Translations under genes and position numbers: made by a program
Assembly: GCA_964106645.2 (NCBI GenBank)
Contig: OZ067041.1
Direction: 5' to 3' (one strand)
Source of the DNA: Podarcis pityusensis
Taxonomy: Eukaryota
Length of the DNA stretch: 64,000 bases
Notes under the pieces: generated by a model
Database searches by the model: none
What the model was told of the DNA's origin: nothing
The model's input: the letters and a program-made list of their open reading frames with translations, nothing else
Shown: piece after piece, positions 60,265-64,000 of the stretch
Layout of the letters: each line of letters opens with the position of its first letter
Numbering within the stretch: position 1 is the first letter of the stretch

Positions 60265-60757
60265 AGTTGAAAAATATCTTCATGTATGTGACAATGGCGG
60301 CGAGAGTCTTAATAGCACAAGGATGGAAGAATGAGGAAACCCCGACTAAAGAACTATGGCAAGAGAAACTGATGGGACTATGCAGAACTGGCAAAATTGA
60401 CACATAAACTACGGGACAAGGATAACTTTGACTTCAAAGATGAATGGGAACCTTTTACAAAGTATTTAAAGAAGCAACAAAGTGAACTGGACTCCTTGGC
60501 AGGCTTTGAATAAACATTCATAAACTTTTTATTGATAATAACCAGTCGGATAAATTAAGGATTTATACAATTTTGTAACATGCAGAGAATAGCATTTATA
60601 GAGAAACCAAAGATTGGAACTGAGGGAAGTCAGGGGGGAGGGGGGTTGTTTTATGGAGGGAGGGGGGGAAATGGGGGGAATGGGGGGTTGAGGATGAGTT
60701 TTAAGATAATATGTTTTGTTTAAATTCCTAATAAAAAATATTTAAAAAGAAAAAAAA
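60265..60757 (+). mobile_element. L1/Tx1-like LINE 3' end
   Basis: IFMYVTMAARVLIAQGWK...PTKELW C-terminus, G-rich 3' UTR, AATAAA and A-rich tail. Confidence 0.7.
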
Positions 60758-61665
60758 GGGGGGGGGGAACTGAGAACCATCATACAAAAATCCTGGAACC
60801 AGCAGAGTTCATTGTGAAGTCATTGTGAAGATGAAAATTAAGACTGTCCAACCATTTGCATGTTAAAATGCATGATACGTGTGGTGGGGTAATAGTACTG
60901 GGGGGAAACACCAAAGAAACAGATCTGCATTTTTTCCTTGAGCTTAGGTGGTAAAACATGACTCAATATTTTCCTTCTATCCAAAGGACTCTCAGTTCCC
61001 AACGACTTGCACATCTCTGCCTTTTCTTAACATGCAAAACAGATTCCGATTTGTTGACATTTTTATGGTCATGTTGAAAAATGACCTTGTTTATTTTGTT
61101 GCGTGTAGAACAATAGGTTTGACTGTCTAGGCTCGTTCTTCCCCCTTGGGCTATGAGTCATTAGGATTATGAAACATAGAGCATTTAGACCTGGCTCTCA
61201 GTCATAGCTGATGCTGATGCTGAAATCGGAGGCCATTTTCAGTTTGACCACACCAGTGAAATTGTTGCTCATCCTTTGCTTCTCCCTCTCTCCCTGTGGG
61301 CCCAATCAAAATCCATGCTCTCTTGCACTGAGCATCCACGCACACTTGTGTAGCGCCACTCATGGCCCCGATGGGTTTTGCGTGGATAGTGTCATTATGT
61401 AGTTTAGTCACTAGATGGCACCGGACTGAGTTGCATTGAGTTGGAATCATTTAGCTTGTCTATGTTGTTCTCAGTTGGGTAGAGCTCCCTTTTAAAAACT
61501 ATGTTCTCTCTCTCTCTCAGCAGGCAGCTCAGCACATCAGGACAGGCCCCCAATCCTCCTTTCATCTCATTTTGTGGGTTCCTTCGCCTTCCTTCTGCAA
61601 CCTGCCTATCTTCTTTTCTCAGTTATAACAACATAAGACTGGTCTTTGTTGTATGATACAACAGC

Positions 61666-62007
61666 ATACCCTCCAACATTTCTCTGATGAAAATAGGGAT
61701 GTCCCATTCCATAATTGAAATTTTACTATTAATACCCCACACATATTACTGGGTTGCCCTAGCCACTCTGGGTAATTTCCAACATATACAAAAACATAAT
61801 AATACATTAAACATTAAAAAACTTCCCTATGCAGGATTGCCTTCAGACAACTCGGGGGTCGGATAACTCCATACCCTCCAACGTTTCTCCAATGAAAATA
61901 GGGACATCCTAAGGAAAAGTGGGACATTCCAGGATCAAATAAAAAAACTGGTATGGCTTCTCTAAATCAGGGACGTCCCTGGAAAATAGAGACACTTTGA
62001 GGGTCTG
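61666..62007. mobile_element. hAT-like MITE containing an L2 tail fragment (relatives at ~31354-31860 and ~42919-43092)
   Basis: CATACCCTCCAA / TTTGAGGGTCTG ends; internal agccactctggg...ttccaacata. Confidence 0.65.
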
Positions 62008-62669
62008 ACTACAGTTCCCAGGATTCCAGTGGAGGCGGGTTCATTAAAGCAAAGGGGCACAGCCCCACCAATCTCAGTCTGCCTTCTTACTTACCACCAA
62101 TCAGGGGGAAGGTCTGCCTGTGATTGGCTACTGGTGACCTTATTGGATTCTGCCCTACCAGTCATAATGGGCACCAGCATCACTGCAGGGGTCTATAAGA
62201 TAATTGTGCCGTTTATTATAATTGATATTTGTTAGCTGTCTTGGGGGGCCTTTGTGAGGCTGAAAGGCTGGGATACAAACATTTTGATAAATGATGCTGC
62301 TGTAGTTATTATGAGCTTCTTGCTTTTCAGTTTTAAAAGCCCCATAGCATGTTATACTTAAGAACTCACTGAGTTTGTGGCTACTGTTCTTGAATATGTA
62401 TATCCAAAGAGTGGGTCTTCAAATTTTCACCCCACCCACCCACAAAAATCTTATTGTTTCTGCCCTTTGCCCAAACCAGAAATTGTTCCCTCAATAGCCT
62501 ATCAGATGCTTCTCGATAACTCATAAGCAAGTCACAACGCTGAAGTCACAGGACACTTAAGTTGTGTTTCAGAGTTGTTGTTTTTATTTGGGAGTCCAGG
62601 TTGTCTTTAAAGATATGTAGAGAACAGGGCCTCTCTCTCCCCTCTCAGTTCCTCCTCTCAGTTCCTTCA

Positions 62670-62718
<49 letters not shown>
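62670..62718. repeat. (CA)n(GA)n compound microsatellite
   Basis: Direct reading of the sequence. Confidence 0.95.
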
Positions 62719-62720
<2 letters not shown>

Positions 62721-63594
62721 TTCAGGATTAAGGCTTGTGGGAAATGATAAATCCTTTAGGCATAAATCTTCACTCTAGCTTGAGTTGGTTGAGAAAATCA
62801 AGGGTGATTTATTGGGGATTAGCAGATCAGAATTGAGGAATGTAAAGAGGTTTATACTAGTGAACCTCACAGTAAATGTGGTGGAGACTTGTGGTTAATT
62901 AATTACATGCACAGAAGGAAAAAGAGGAGGGCGAGGGACAGAGAAACTTGTCTGGCCTGTTTGTTTGTTTGTTTGTTTGTTTGTTTGTGCAGGGATGGCC
63001 TGAGGCATTTTGCTGCCTGAGGTTAAGTAGCAAGCGGTGCCAGCACCACCCCACCACCACCCAAGTCAAACACCCAAGTAGATAGTACCCAAGCCCGATC
63101 AAGTTATTTTGGCACCTGAGGCAGAAAAATCACACCGCAAGCACCTCTTTCTGTCCTTGACAATTCACTGAGTGTTCACAAGACCCCACATCAGCTGCGG
63201 TGGTTGCATCCCTTGGTCAAAATGGGAGGGCCAGCCCACACCACATGTTTTGCATTTAAAATGTCTCAGGTTCAATTGCTGGCATTTCTAGATTTTTTAA
63301 TAAAAAGATCAGGTACCATCTAATGGGAAAGACAGCCAAGAGAGTCAATGCCAGTCAGAGTGGACAAAACATAGCCAGATGTACTATCAGTCTCACAAGA
63401 TAAAAGGCAGCTTCCTTTGGTCCTCAGTCAGCAGCAAGTATGTTTACAGTTCAAAGGAGATTCCCAGCACACAAAACTCAACTGATGTAGTAGTAGTAGT
63501 AATAGTAGTAGTAGTAATAATTACATTTATTATTAGAGCCAAATTCATATCCCGCCTTTCAGCCGCCACAGTGGTTAACAACAATATATAATAA

Positions 63595-63936
63595 GGAGCG
63601 TCTCCACTCCCATCGTTCTGCCCGGACGCTGAGGTCCAGCACCGAGGGCCTTCTGGCGGTTCCCTCACTGCGAGAAGCCAAGTTACAGGGGACCAGGCAG
63701 AGGGCCTTCTCGGTAGTGGCACCCGCCCTGTGGAACGCCCTCCCACCAGGTGTCAAAGAGAACAACTACCAGACTTTTAGAAGACATCTGAAGGCAGCCC
63801 TGTTTTGGGAAGCTTTTAATGTTTGATGTATTAAAGTATTTTAATATTTTGTTGGAAGCTGCCCAGAGTGGCTGGGGAAGCCCAGCCAGATGGGCGGGGT
63901 ATAAATAATAAATTATTATTATTATTATTATTATTA
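63595..63936 (+). mobile_element. L2-type LINE 3' end
   Basis: Same family as 41648; (TTA)n tail. Confidence 0.88.
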
Positions 63937-64000
63937 AGCAGGAGAAAGCAAATAATATTGATTTGCAAAGGCATTACAAAAGACTCCAGCCTGGTCCATA

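Overview
This window is vertebrate genomic DNA, almost certainly from a squamate and probably a lacertid-type lizard (inferred from Sauria SINEs, BovB and squamate-type MITEs). Bases 1-5432 hold the 3' part of an apparently intact, young Ngaro-type tyrosine-recombinase retrotransposon. It has gag with a CCCH zinc finger (5' end outside the window), RT/RNase H, a tyrosine recombinase, an extra SGNH-hydrolase ORF, and split direct repeats B1-A2-B2 whose two 394-bp B copies look identical by eye. None of the three downstream ORFs has a usable ATG, and the sequence suggests how they could be expressed: (1) a UUU_CGN +1 frameshift motif in the gag/pol overlap; (2) phase-matched splice acceptors in front of the YR and SGNH ORFs, with phase-matched donors in gag; (3) a long-range RNA stem that can mask the poly(A) signal in B1 but not in B2, and that encloses a highly structured ~250-nt RNA domain. 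The rest of the window is intron and intergenic DNA with a CpG-island promoter at ~26.8-27.8 kb for an unidentified minus-strand host gene. It also carries many SINEs, LINE fragments (BovB, RTE, Rex1/Babar, L2, CR1, L1, Penelope), Tc1/mariner and hAT MITEs, and solo-LTR-like pieces. All calls were made by eye with no database search.
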